Below, piece by piece: positions 20,026-29,867 of a DNA stretch of 64,000 nt. This DNA is from Myxococcota bacterium. GTDB lineage: Bacteria > Myxococcota_A > SURF-8. Location: positions 2,496,001-2,560,000 of the forward strand of contig OZ223209.1 in the NCBI GenBank assembly GCA_965140415.1, in the 5' to 3' direction. Position 1 is the first letter of the stretch; each line of letters begins with the position of its first letter. The position numbers and the translations under genes were made by a program. The notes below the pieces were generated by a model that made no database searches, was not told where the DNA came from, and was given only the letters and a program-made list of their open reading frames with translations.

Positions 20026-20928
20026 ATGGTGAGTAACCTGGAGCAAATACAAAGCGAGTTGAAGAAGCTTGAAAAGGAAATCATCGAGACGCGCAATATG
20101 AATATCAAGACCGACAACAACATGCGGTCTTTGTTTGCGGAATTGAAAAAAGTTTCGGGAAATCAGGAAACTTCGGCTCGTAAGGCCCGTATCGGTCATA
20201 TCGGACTCTACATCCTCTTCGTCTTGATTTTCACTGTTGGAGGGATCGTATTATCCGAACTGCGCGCTTCGTTGTTGGAAGAGAAAATCGAAGGGCTTAA
20301 AACCCAGATCGTCGTGCTCAAAGAAGAAAACGAAGCCAGCAAAACGGAATTGCAGGCGCGCGATTCCGCAGAAAAAAGATCATTGCATTTGATCAAGTTA
20401 CTGGAAGAAAAGAAGCGCGCCGAGGCTGTTAAGGAATTCAATAAAATCGATCGTAGCAAACTGAGCAAGGCCGAAGTGTTGCTGCTGGAGGAAAAAGTCA
20501 AGGTATTCCGAATGGATCTGGCGCGCAAGCACTACGATCAAGGTGTCAATCAATGGCGCATCGGAGGAGACAAGAGCGCGGTGCAGGAACTGAACGTATC
20601 GTTGGATTATTACAAAGATCCTGAATATGAAGGCATGCTGCACTATTATCTTGGGTTGAGCCTGATCCGCATGAAGAAATTGGATGAGGGAATCGAACAC
20701 CTCAAAACGGCGTTGACCTTGAAACTGGACAAAGAAACGGCAGACAAGATTTACATCAAGATTTCAGATACCTATAACGATGCTAGCCGTTATGACGAAT
20801 CCCTGCGTTATATGCAGAGCATTCCTCAAAATGACATGGGATACTGGACCCGGCAAGCCATCAACATGAAGATCACATGGGTAAAGAAGCAACTGGCCGC
20901 TCAAAAGAAGCAAACGGAAGCGCAGTAA
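20026..20928 (+). CDS. Membrane-anchored coiled-coil/TPR protein
   Basis: GGAGG-ATG at 20026; coiled coil, one TM helix, TPR-like YYLGLSL repeats. The longer 580-aa ORF is an antisense extension over thyX. Confidence 0.75.
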   Translation: MVSNLEQIQSELKKLEKEIIETRNMNIKTDNNMRSLFAELKKVSGNQETSARKARIGHIGLYILFVLIFTVGGIVLSELRASLLEEKIEGLKTQIVVLKEENEASKTELQARDSAEKRSLHLIKLLEEKKRAEAVKEFNKIDRSKLSKAEVLLLEEKVKVFRMDLARKHYDQGVNQWRIGGDKSAVQELNVSLDYYKDPEYEGMLHYYLGLSLIRMKKLDEGIEHLKTALTLKLDKETADKIYIKISDTYNDASRYDESLRYMQSIPQNDMGYWTRQAINMKITWVKKQLAAQKKQTEAQ

Positions 20929-20976
20929 CTTCTCGTTATTCCTTGGATTATCGTGGATTGTGTTTAAGGGAAAGGT

Positions 20977-21252
20977 TTAGTTTAGCTGCTCGCAGGTATC
21001 ATCGTCCCAGTATTCGAGAGTGGCGTTGCAGCGGATCTGGTCTTCTTCCGTAACTTCTTTGCACTTATAGCCTTTTTCCTTGAGTGATCCGTTCTCGATG
21101 CACAGGCAGGCGGCTTGCCAGTGGTCGGCGACCCGTGGACAATAGGTGCAGATGCGTTTGGCCAGCACTTCGCAGGGTTTGTAATCGCCGCATCCTGTTC
21201 CAAGAATGACAACGCTGGCGGCCAGAATCAGGAAAAGTGGAATTTTCTTCAT
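20977..21252 (-). CDS. Small cysteine-rich lipoprotein
   Basis: MKKIP signal, lipobox LGTGC and eight further Cys. Confidence 0.7.
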   Translation of the reverse strand: MKKIPLFLILAASVVILGTGCGDYKPCEVLAKRICTYCPRVADHWQAACLCIENGSLKEKGYKCKEVTEEDQIRCNATLEYWDDDTCEQLN

Positions 21253-21329
21253 AATTTTCACGATCACCAACTTGGTTTCCTAAGTTGGATCGGTATACCC
21301 CAGACTGCTCGGTATGGCAAGACAAAATC

Positions 21330-22052
21330 ATGATCGATTTACACACACATCTTTTACCCGGTATCGATGACGGCTCGAAATCGTTGGAAGAAACACGCGC
21401 CATCATTGCGGGCTACATTGAGTTGGGATTTACTGCGGCGGTGGTGACTCCCCACATTCGTAGCGGTATGTTCGATAACGATGAAGACCATATCCGCAGA
21501 TTAACCGAGGAAATTCAAGAAGATATCGAGCAACAAGGTGTGGCGTTCAAGATTCTTCCTGGTGTTGAATATTACTTCGATGACCGCGCGATGCAGCGTT
21601 TGTTGGATCCGTCGCAGTTGTTGTCATTCGGGGATCAGGGGAAATACATCCTGTTGGAGTTCAACTCCCTAAGTAAGCCGGTTCATTTGCGCCAGCTGGT
21701 ATTTGATCTGAAAGTTGCTGGAATCACTCCGATTATGGCTCATCCTGAACGCTATGCGTTCGTTGCGGAAGATCTGGATTTTGTGGAGGAATTGGTAGAT
21801 GCCGGGATGTTGATGCAGGGAACACTGACTTGCTTGAGTGGAATGTGGGGAAATAAATCCCGCAATACGCTCAAGAAGTTATTGGATCGTGATCTGCTGC
21901 AATTGATTTCGACGGATAATCATAATGCAAAGCAGATACAGAAGTACACCACCCCGGCGATCAATCGTCTGCGTGACTGGATCGGGGATGCTCGCATCGA
22001 ACAACTGATGACCGTGAATCCTCAAATCGTCTTCGAAGGTGGGGCGCTCTGA
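21330..22052 (+). CDS. PHP-family protein-tyrosine phosphatase (CpsB/YwqE-like)
   Basis: IDLHTHLLPGIDDG, TPH, AHPERY, STDNH. Confidence 0.9.
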   Translation: MIDLHTHLLPGIDDGSKSLEETRAIIAGYIELGFTAAVVTPHIRSGMFDNDEDHIRRLTEEIQEDIEQQGVAFKILPGVEYYFDDRAMQRLLDPSQLLSFGDQGKYILLEFNSLSKPVHLRQLVFDLKVAGITPIMAHPERYAFVAEDLDFVEELVDAGMLMQGTLTCLSGMWGNKSRNTLKKLLDRDLLQLISTDNHNAKQIQKYTTPAINRLRDWIGDARIEQLMTVNPQIVFEGGAL

Positions 22053-22059
22053 TTTGATG

Positions 22060-23046
22060 CTAAAGTAGTTGTCGCAGGTATCTGCGGATAATCCAATAGC
22101 CTCGTCGTATTTCGGAACGAAGAGTGGCTCTGGCCGCTGGCGAAAGGATGAGTCCGAGTAATTTGATTAGTGCCGGGTTGCCGCTTGTGACAGGATGAAG
22201 TTCATCCGTGCCGTATTTTCGTGCATATTCATTCCATACGCCGACACAGATCGGGTCGTAAATGCACCGTTTACATTGCGGTCCTTTGCGCTTTGACGAG
22301 GCAGCTTCTTCCGGATAGTGCGGGAAGAGCTTTAGAGGATAGATATAAATCCATTCTATGCCTCGCAAGGTGCATAGCGGCTGGCCGCAAATATCCGGAA
22401 TTCGAACGGATAGGCGCAACTCTTCGCAAATACGCACGGTTTCACGCAAAAACGGGTCACCTTCGGAAAAGCGGAAAGAATGCTCGATGTCATCTCTGCC
22501 GAAGTTGGGGGCCATCACGCTGATGTTCAATGCGGCGGATCGTCCGAAGCGCTGGTAAAGAAAGCGGGCAAATTCCGGCAGATGTTCCAGGTTTTCTCTA
22601 CACCAGACGAAATTGATAACGACTTCGATATTGGTTTGAAGTAAATTTTCTATCCCTTGTATCGATTTCTCGAATGCACCGGGCATGCCCGTGATCTTGT
22701 CGGAAAGTTCCGCGTTGGCTGCATGCAACGAAACGAAGGCTTCTTCCAGATCGGCTTGAACCAACGAGCTGACCAGGCGTTTGTTGGCCAACAAGGTGGC
22801 GTTGGTTTCGAGCATGGTATTCAGGCCGCGTTTGCGGATCAAGCGAATGATTTCCGGCAAGTGCGGATTGAGAGTCGGTTCTCCACCGGAAATTTCGATC
22901 AGATTTCCTTGGTTTCTATCGTAGCTATCCAGAAAGCGTTCTACCGCCTCCGGTGTTTCATGAAAGATATTATGGGGATCGTCCGGTCTGATGTTACAAA
23001 AAAGGCAACGCTCATTGCAGCGTGGTGTGATGCGCAAAACGGACAT
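22060..23046 (-). CDS. Radical SAM protein (HxsC-like C-terminal Cys motif)
   Basis: CNERCLFC, SGGEPTL, ETN, SLHA, PLC, CKRCIYDPICVG. Confidence 0.87.
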   Translation of the reverse strand: MSVLRITPRCNERCLFCNIRPDDPHNIFHETPEAVERFLDSYDRNQGNLIEISGGEPTLNPHLPEIIRLIRKRGLNTMLETNATLLANKRLVSSLVQADLEEAFVSLHAANAELSDKITGMPGAFEKSIQGIENLLQTNIEVVINFVWCRENLEHLPEFARFLYQRFGRSAALNISVMAPNFGRDDIEHSFRFSEGDPFLRETVRICEELRLSVRIPDICGQPLCTLRGIEWIYIYPLKLFPHYPEEAASSKRKGPQCKRCIYDPICVGVWNEYARKYGTDELHPVTSGNPALIKLLGLILSPAARATLRSEIRRGYWIIRRYLRQLL

Positions 23047-23051
23047 GATAC

Positions 23052-23828
23052 CTACTCTTTAAAGGAACAGAAACCTTGTTCGCTTTTTTGGTAAAAGGCG
23101 AGAATTCGGCTGATGTCTCCCTCTGGATCATCCTGAATGGAGGTGAGCTCCTGTAACCCTTTTTCAATTCCCAATTGTCGGAGACGGTCATAGGCGAACT
23201 GGATGCGCTCGATTCTTTCTGGAGAGAATTCATGCCGCTCCAATCCAATGCGATTGATTCCTACGATGCGGGCCCGATCTCCATGAACCACGCAAAACGG
23301 CGGAACGTCCCGTCGCACCATTGCACCGGCTCCAACAAAGCTATAGGCGCCGATTCTGGCGTACTGGTGAACTCCCGCCATGCCGCCAAAGCAGGAATAG
23401 TCTTCGACGGACACATGACCCGCCAAGGCAACGCCGTTGGCCATCACACAATGAGACCCTATGGTGCAGTCATGAGCGACATGAGAGTTCGCCATGAAAT
23501 AGGCATGATCGCTGATGCGGGTAACGCCGCCTCCATGTTCCGTTCCTCGATTGGCCGTAAAGCCCTCACGGAAAATACATTCTTTGCCAATTACCAGGCG
23601 GGTTGTTTCTCCGTGATATTTCAAGTCTTGAGGTGCGGTGCCCAATACCACATGAGGAAACACTTGGCAGCCTTCACCTAATTCCAGATTGCCATCCAGA
23701 ACAACGTGTCCCATCAAGTCGCATCCTTCGGCAATGCGAACGCCTTTTCCAATAATGCAATATGGACCGATGGAAACTTTGCTACCTACGATGGCTTTGG
23801 GGTGCACGGTGGCTGTCAGATGAATCAC
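23052..23828 (-). CDS. lpxA: UDP-N-acetylglucosamine O-acyltransferase
   Basis: Hexapeptide repeats, PQDLKY, IFRE, HVAHDC, DVPP. Confidence 0.95.
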   Translation of the reverse strand: MIHLTATVHPKAIVGSKVSIGPYCIIGKGVRIAEGCDLMGHVVLDGNLELGEGCQVFPHVVLGTAPQDLKYHGETTRLVIGKECIFREGFTANRGTEHGGGVTRISDHAYFMANSHVAHDCTIGSHCVMANGVALAGHVSVEDYSCFGGMAGVHQYARIGAYSFVGAGAMVRRDVPPFCVVHGDRARIVGINRIGLERHEFSPERIERIQFAYDRLRQLGIEKGLQELTSIQDDPEGDISRILAFYQKSEQGFCSFKE

Positions 23829-24802
23829 GAGCGATCTTCCTTTTCCAGCATTTCCTGTAATAGCTTTTGCAGGCGGCTCCAGATGCGATGAGGAATTGCC
23901 GGGTAACCGGTATACACTTCTTCTGGAGGAATGTTGCGCGTAACTCCGGATTTTCCGCCAACCGTGGCTCCATCACCGATATTGAGATGGCTGCTTACGC
24001 CGACCTGTCCAGCCAGCGTGACGCGATTACCGATATCGCTTGAACCGGCGATTCCAACTTGCGCAACCAACAGGGAATCTTCACCGACTGTCACGTTGTG
24101 GCCTACTTGTACCAGATTGTCCAGTTTGGTGCCTCGACCGATGCGAGTCGCGGATAGTGTCGCCCGATCCACACAGCTGTTGGCGCCGATTTCCACATCG
24201 TCTTCAATTACGACTCGACCGATTTGTGGAATCTTCAAGTGGCGACCCCTGGCATCTTTGGCAAAGCCGTAGCCGTCACCTCCGATGCGGCAACCATGTT
24301 GCAGAATCACCCGGTCTCCCAGGTTGCTGTCACTGCCGATCGATACATTTGGATGAATGATGCAGTCGTTGCCGATTGTAACACGGTCCTGAATCGTGAC
24401 GTTTGGATGGATAACGCAGTTATTCCCAATGGTTACATTGTCACCGATGTAAACGAAGGGGAAGATCGTGCAACCCTTTCCAAGTTTTGATTTGCCTATG
24501 TAGGCCTGTTCGGAAATTCCCGGTGCGTACTTCGCTGGCGGATACAATCTGCGCATAACATGGGCAAAGGCGAGGTATGGATCGGCGCAGACGATCTGAG
24601 CGCAAGGGCAATCTTCGATTTCATTGACAACCAGCACGGCTGAGGCGCTGGTTGCCATGACCATTTCTCGATAGGAATGCATGGCTAGATAGGAAATATC
24701 TCCCGCATGTGCCTCGACTAATGTCGCAGCACTGCGGATTTCGATATCGCCATCGCCTACCAGTCGCCCGGAGACTTCCTGAGCCAGTTCAGACAGTTTC
24801 AT
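23825..24802 (-). CDS. lpxD: UDP-3-O-acylglucosamine N-acyltransferase
   Basis: DPYLAFA, hexapeptide repeats, [24 protein letters not shown]. Confidence 0.95.
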   Translation of the reverse strand: MKLSELAQEVSGRLVGDGDIEIRSAATLVEAHAGDISYLAMHSYREMVMATSASAVLVVNEIEDCPCAQIVCADPYLAFAHVMRRLYPPAKYAPGISEQAYIGKSKLGKGCTIFPFVYIGDNVTIGNNCVIHPNVTIQDRVTIGNDCIIHPNVSIGSDSNLGDRVILQHGCRIGGDGYGFAKDARGRHLKIPQIGRVVIEDDVEIGANSCVDRATLSATRIGRGTKLDNLVQVGHNVTVGEDSLLVAQVGIAGSSDIGNRVTLAGQVGVSSHLNIGDGATVGGKSGVTRNIPPEEVYTGYPAIPHRIWSRLQKLLQEMLEKEDRS

Positions 24803-24830
24803 GGGCGAATCCTTCTGCCAGTCGGCATGG

Positions 24831-25373
24831 TTATTTCTTGGACTTGCCTTTTCCGTACTTCTGATCGTACAAGCGGATTAATTCGTTGGTCAGATCGTGC
24901 TTCATCGGTGCATACACGATACCGGAGCTGTTTTTGTCCAGAATCAGATCGTAATTGTCCCGCTCTGCAATATTCTGAATGATCGACTGCATTTTTTCAA
25001 GGATTGGTTGCACCGCTTCAGATTCTTTTTGTTTCAGTTCGTTTTGAAGCTGGTAGTAGATTTTCTGCACTTCAACGAATTTCTGCTGTAATTCCGCTTC
25101 ACGTTTGGCTTTGACTTCCGGCTCGATCATCATTTCCTGTTTTTCCAGGTCTTCCTTCATTTTTTTGAGCCGTTCGGATTCTTTGTCCAGGTATTCCTGC
25201 TTGTCGTCGAAGTAGACTTTCAAATCGGCTTTGGCCTTTTTGCCTTCGTCTACTTCCAACAGGGCGCGTTGCAGATCGACATAGGCGATTTTCATTCCCG
25301 CTGCCGCTGCCGGCAACGCATAGGCCGCCACAAGACCCATCGCCAAAAGCGTAATGATCAATGCTCGTTTCAT
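24831..25373 (-). CDS. skp: OmpH/Skp periplasmic chaperone
   Basis: Signal peptide, KIAYVD, coiled coil, YDLILD..DLT; GGAGG RBS; lies between bamA and lpxD. Confidence 0.9.
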   Translation of the reverse strand: MKRALIITLLAMGLVAAYALPAAAAGMKIAYVDLQRALLEVDEGKKAKADLKVYFDDKQEYLDKESERLKKMKEDLEKQEMMIEPEVKAKREAELQQKFVEVQKIYYQLQNELKQKESEAVQPILEKMQSIIQNIAERDNYDLILDKNSSGIVYAPMKHDLTNELIRLYDQKYGKGKSKK

Positions 25374-25389
25374 ATCGGTTCCTCCATGC

Positions 25390-27771
25390 TTAGAATTGGT
25401 TGCCAATTGAGAATTCAAACGTAATCGTATCGTCTTCGGGACGTTTCTTCACCGGCAGGCCCCATTCGAAACGCAGGGGACCGATCGGTGAGTACCACCG
25501 GATACCGAAGCCGTAGCTCATGTACAGACCTAAAGGCATATTGTATGGATCCTGGTCGCTCTGGCCAAGATAGAAAAACTGTTGATCCTCGGCCCAGGTG
25601 TTTCCCATGTCGAAGAAGAACACCCAGCGAATCCCGGCGGCTTCGATCAACGGGAATTCCAGTTCGAAGTTGACAAAGAATTCTTTATTACCACCGATCA
25701 GATACTTAACCGGATATCCGGCGGGATCATCCTGAGCGATTACGTCGATGGTCGGGGAGATCGAGCCGAACTCATAGCCGCGGATAGTGTAGATGCCGCC
25801 TAGCAGATAACGCTCGGCAATGGGAACGCCGGGGAAATCCTGGTTACCGCGATCATCTCCGTTCGGTTCTTCAAGCGACATGACGTAGCCGATTTCGGCG
25901 TTGATCTTAAATACCGGTTTGAAGAAATCCCACATGTCGATGTACTTGTACAGCGGGAAGAAGAACTTGGCGATTCCGGTGAATTTCAAGAACTCGATTT
26001 CACTGCCCGTGTAGGAGTCTGCGTATTCTACCGAGAGTTGGTGCAGCATACCATCCGACGGGAACAGGCGGTTGTCACGGGTGTCATATTGCGCGATGAA
26101 GGTCAAACTGCTGGTCAAGCCGCTTTTGAACAGATGCAGATGAACCTGATCGTCGACATTCAGATTGACGTCCTTGATGGTGTACATCAGGAAGAGCGAG
26201 ACATCGTCCAGGATGGGATAGCCCAGGGTCAAGTCTCCACCGGAGGAGGAACGCGAGTAACTGCCGAATTCTCCTTGGTTGGGATAGGTGTAGGACTGGT
26301 TGAAAATCGAGAAACTGAAGTTCACCCGGCTGTCCAAGAAATACGGTTCGGTGAATCGCAGCATGAACTGGCGGTTGCTAGCCGAGATCTGAGCGGAAAG
26401 TTGCAGGCTCTGGCCACGTCCGAAGAGATTGTTCTGGGCGATCTGAGCCTGGAAGACGAAACTGTCCAGCGAACTGAAACCGACCCCCAATTGCAGGGTT
26501 CCGGTGCGCTTCTCCTTGATTTCAACCGTTAACACAATGCGCTCGTCCGAAGATCCCGGCGATTCGGTGATTTCCACCGTTTCGAAATAGCCAAGCTGGT
26601 AGATTTTGCGTTTGGAGCGGTTGATACCGGTGATCGAATACTGATCGCCCTCGGCGATGCGCATTTCGCGACGAATAACCTTATCGCGTGTTTTGGTGTT
26701 TCCTACGATGTCAATGCGTTCAATCCAGACCTTGCTTCCGATCTTGACATTCATCGTCACATCGATCTGTTTGGTGTCGTCATGCGCTTTGGTGATCGGC
26801 GTAACATTGGTGTAGGCGAATCCCAGATTCTTGTGGATAGCGGCTACTCGCTCCATATCGCTCAGGAATCTCGAACGATTGAACACGTCCCCTTTTTCCA
26901 ATGTAACCAGCTTACGCAGTCTCTCTTTCGGGAATATCCGGTCGCCGCCGAAATCCAACTCTCCCATGAAATGCTGTTCGCCTTCCGTGATTTTTATCGT
27001 CACGTAGATCCAGGTACGGTCGGCGGAGAGAGTAACGATCGGAGTGGCTACATTGACGTTGATATAGCCGTGATCGGCGTAGTATTTCTCGATCATGTAG
27101 GCATCGCGTTCAACCATTTCCTGGCGGTATTGGCCGGAATTGGTCAAAAAGCTTAGAATGTCACCCGGTTTAGTGAGCATCTGAGCCAGTAGCTCTTTTT
27201 CCGGGATCTTTTCGTTACCCATCAGGATGATTTTTTTGACTTCGACTTTGGCGCGTTCCTTGATGATGAACGTGATGACGACCTGGTTGTTTTCCGCCGG
27301 GGTTACTTCATGCTCCACGTCAGCCAGGAAAAAGCCTTTTTCAATGTAGACGTTACGGATCTTTTCGATATTGCGGTAGATCTTGTCGTAGCTGAGCACG
27401 GAAAACGGTTTGATATCGATCACTTCGTTGATGTCGTCTTCATCGACTTCGTCGTTTCCCGACAGCTTTACCGCCAACACAGACGGGCGTTCCTCGACCA
27501 TGTAGGTGATAATCGGACCTTCAGGGGTGGGGTGGACATCGACCTGGACATCGGTAAAGAAACCCAGTTCGTAAATGGAGCGGATATCTTCCTGAATTTT
27601 CTTGATTGAATACGGCTGACCGGGACGGCTGACCACCGCTCGGCGAATCGATTCCTTTTCCACACGCACCAGTCCCTGAACGCGGATCTCTTTAACTTTG
27701 GTCGTTTCCGCCAGCAAGCTTCCGCATAGACAGAGAAACAGCAGCGTGAAGGCAAGTGTCCGATACACCAT
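25390..27771 (-). CDS. bamA: Outer membrane protein assembly factor BamA
   Basis: POTRA repeats, GN.KT.DKVIRRE, IRGY, GIRWYSPIGPLRFEWG and terminal FSIGNQF. Confidence 0.96.
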   Translation of the reverse strand: MVYRTLAFTLLFLCLCGSLLAETTKVKEIRVQGLVRVEKESIRRAVVSRPGQPYSIKKIQEDIRSIYELGFFTDVQVDVHPTPEGPIITYMVEERPSVLAVKLSGNDEVDEDDINEVIDIKPFSVLSYDKIYRNIEKIRNVYIEKGFFLADVEHEVTPAENNQVVITFIIKERAKVEVKKIILMGNEKIPEKELLAQMLTKPGDILSFLTNSGQYRQEMVERDAYMIEKYYADHGYINVNVATPIVTLSADRTWIYVTIKITEGEQHFMGELDFGGDRIFPKERLRKLVTLEKGDVFNRSRFLSDMERVAAIHKNLGFAYTNVTPITKAHDDTKQIDVTMNVKIGSKVWIERIDIVGNTKTRDKVIRREMRIAEGDQYSITGINRSKRKIYQLGYFETVEITESPGSSDERIVLTVEIKEKRTGTLQLGVGFSSLDSFVFQAQIAQNNLFGRGQSLQLSAQISASNRQFMLRFTEPYFLDSRVNFSFSIFNQSYTYPNQGEFGSYSRSSSGGDLTLGYPILDDVSLFLMYTIKDVNLNVDDQVHLHLFKSGLTSSLTFIAQYDTRDNRLFPSDGMLHQLSVEYADSYTGSEIEFLKFTGIAKFFFPLYKYIDMWDFFKPVFKINAEIGYVMSLEEPNGDDRGNQDFPGVPIAERYLLGGIYTIRGYEFGSISPTIDVIAQDDPAGYPVKYLIGGNKEFFVNFELEFPLIEAAGIRWVFFFDMGNTWAEDQQFFYLGQSDQDPYNMPLGLYMSYGFGIRWYSPIGPLRFEWGLPVKKRPEDDTITFEFSIGNQF

Positions 27772-27782
27772 AAGCGTCAATC

Positions 27783-28520
27783 CTATGCTTTCCCGGAATC
27801 CTGGCGGGTGTAAATCTGACCGTCCACCAACTCCAGCTTCTCGTCCATGCGATCGGCTAGGGAGCGGTTGTGGGTCACGACCACCAAGGTTGTCCGATAG
27901 GTTTCATTCAAGTTGCAGAGCAGATCGTGGATGCCCTGAGAGGTTTGGTCGTCCAGGTTTCCTGTCGGTTCATCGGCCAGGATGACGCTGGGACGCATAA
28001 CCAAAGCGCGGGCGATAGCCACCCGTTGTTGTTCGCCGCCGGATAGTTCTCCCGGCTTGTGAGTGGCGCGGTCTTGCAGTCCGACCAGTTCCAATAGTTC
28101 TTTTGCGCGACGGTCGACTTCCGTCGGGTCGAGCTTGGCGATACGCATGGGAATACTGACGTTTTCCAATGCGTTGAAATCGGGCAGCAGATAATGGAAC
28201 TGGAATACGAAGCCGATGCTTCGATTTCGGTATTGCGCCAGTTTACGGTCGGAATAGGAAAAGACATCCCGTCCTTCGAAACGGATCATGCCGCTGCTGG
28301 GCCGGTCAAGCGTTCCCAAAACGTGCAGGAAGGTGCTTTTTCCGACCCCGGATTTTCCCACGATAGAGAGGCGCTGGCCATGCCGAATTTCCAGATCGAT
28401 GCCTTTGAGCACCTGGATTTCTTTGCCATCCAGTTCGTAGCTCTTGTGCAGACCGTCAATGTGAATCAAAGGCGAAGCTGATTCTTCTATTGCGGTTGGC
28501 TGGAGATCCGATTCAGTCAT
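27783..28520 (-). CDS. lolD: Lipoprotein-releasing ABC ATPase
   Basis: [37 protein letters not shown]. Confidence 0.92.
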   Translation of the reverse strand: MTESDLQPTAIEESASPLIHIDGLHKSYELDGKEIQVLKGIDLEIRHGQRLSIVGKSGVGKSTFLHVLGTLDRPSSGMIRFEGRDVFSYSDRKLAQYRNRSIGFVFQFHYLLPDFNALENVSIPMRIAKLDPTEVDRRAKELLELVGLQDRATHKPGELSGGEQQRVAIARALVMRPSVILADEPTGNLDDQTSQGIHDLLCNLNETYRTTLVVVTHNRSLADRMDEKLELVDGQIYTRQDSGKA

Positions 28521-29847
28521 TCCTCAGTCCATCCACCGGGTTTAACCGGGCCGCCTGACCGGCGGGGAAAAGCGTCGCCAACCAACTGATGACGACTGCC
28601 GACAGTAAAATCGTTGCGATCTGGCTCGGGACGATGCGAACGGGCAGGGAGGTCATGTAATAAACCTCCGGGTCCAGATGCAGATCCAGCAATGGAATCA
28701 GGGCGCATAGACCGAAACCCGTCGCCGCTCCAATAGCGGTGCCGATCAGGCCGATGATCAATCCGTCCAGCATGAAAATGCGTCGAACGGTTCGATGTGA
28801 TGCTCCCATGGATTTCAAAATCGCAATTTCCTTCGTTTTTTCGATCACCATCATAATCAGGGTGCTGGCAATGTTGAATGCCGCCACCAGGGTGATAAAC
28901 AGCAAAATGACGAACATGGCGATCTGTTCCAGTTCCAATGCGGAAAACAGATTCTTGTTCATTTCTCGCCAGTCGCGTACCTGATATGGAAAGCCACCCA
29001 ATTCTTTCAAGATGCCCTGACTGATTACGCCGGTATCATCCAGCTTATCTTTGGGAACCTTGAACTCGATGGCCGTCACGTTGTCACCCATGCTGGAAAA
29101 CTGTTGCAGCGTGGGAAGCGACGTGTACACATATTTCATGTCAAACTCGAACATGCCGAAAAAAAACACGCCCGCTACTCGGAAATACTGGTAGGACGGA
29201 ATCGGTCCCGTCGGTCCCAATCCTCCGCCAAGCGGGTTGACGATGTTGACTTCATCGCCTACCCAAACCGACAAATAGCGCGCCAATTCCTGGCCGATCA
29301 GGATACCCGGAAGTTCCTTGTCCTGATACTTCGCTTTGGCCCGGTTGCTGAATGCCGGTAGAAAATCCGCTTCCGAGGCATGATCAGCAGCCTGTTTCTG
29401 CGTGTCTTCTAATAGCTTCTTCGCGTCTTCAAGGTAATCTATGGACCCTGCAACCAGACTATGATCGAGATCGGAGACACTCGCCACCGTCTGTAAATCG
29501 ATTCCCTTGAGCACGCAACCGGTGACATTCGTCTCCGAGGTGATCATCGCCTCACGCAACAGGTAAGGCGAAGCCCCGCTGACATGAGGAACCTGGACGA
29601 TCTTTTCCAATGCCTCCCGGTAATTCGTGAATTCCGGGGTGCTGACGCGAACGTTGCCGTGTGCGTTCGCTCCTACGATCTTATCGCGCAGTTCCTCTTC
29701 GAAACCGGCCATGACCGATAAAACGACAATCAGAGCACATACTCCAACCGCAACGCCTCCCACCGCAATCACGGTGATCGTCGAGACGAACCGACTGGAT
29801 TTCCGGGCTTTCAGATAGCGGAGACCTATGAACGATTCGATAGACAT
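28513..29847 (-). CDS. Lipoprotein-releasing ABC permease (single LolC/E-type)
   Basis: IGLRYL, LSVMAGF, DWREMN, EIAILKSMGA, PA..AA.L.P; adjacent to lolD. Confidence 0.92.
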   Translation of the reverse strand: MSIESFIGLRYLKARKSSRFVSTITVIAVGGVAVGVCALIVVLSVMAGFEEELRDKIVGANAHGNVRVSTPEFTNYREALEKIVQVPHVSGASPYLLREAMITSETNVTGCVLKGIDLQTVASVSDLDHSLVAGSIDYLEDAKKLLEDTQKQAADHASEADFLPAFSNRAKAKYQDKELPGILIGQELARYLSVWVGDEVNIVNPLGGGLGPTGPIPSYQYFRVAGVFFFGMFEFDMKYVYTSLPTLQQFSSMGDNVTAIEFKVPKDKLDDTGVISQGILKELGGFPYQVRDWREMNKNLFSALELEQIAMFVILLFITLVAAFNIASTLIMMVIEKTKEIAILKSMGASHRTVRRIFMLDGLIIGLIGTAIGAATGFGLCALIPLLDLHLDPEVYYMTSLPVRIVPSQIATILLSAVVISWLATLFPAGQAARLNPVDGLRND

Positions 29848-29867
29848 TCGTCTCCGCTCCCTAGCCT

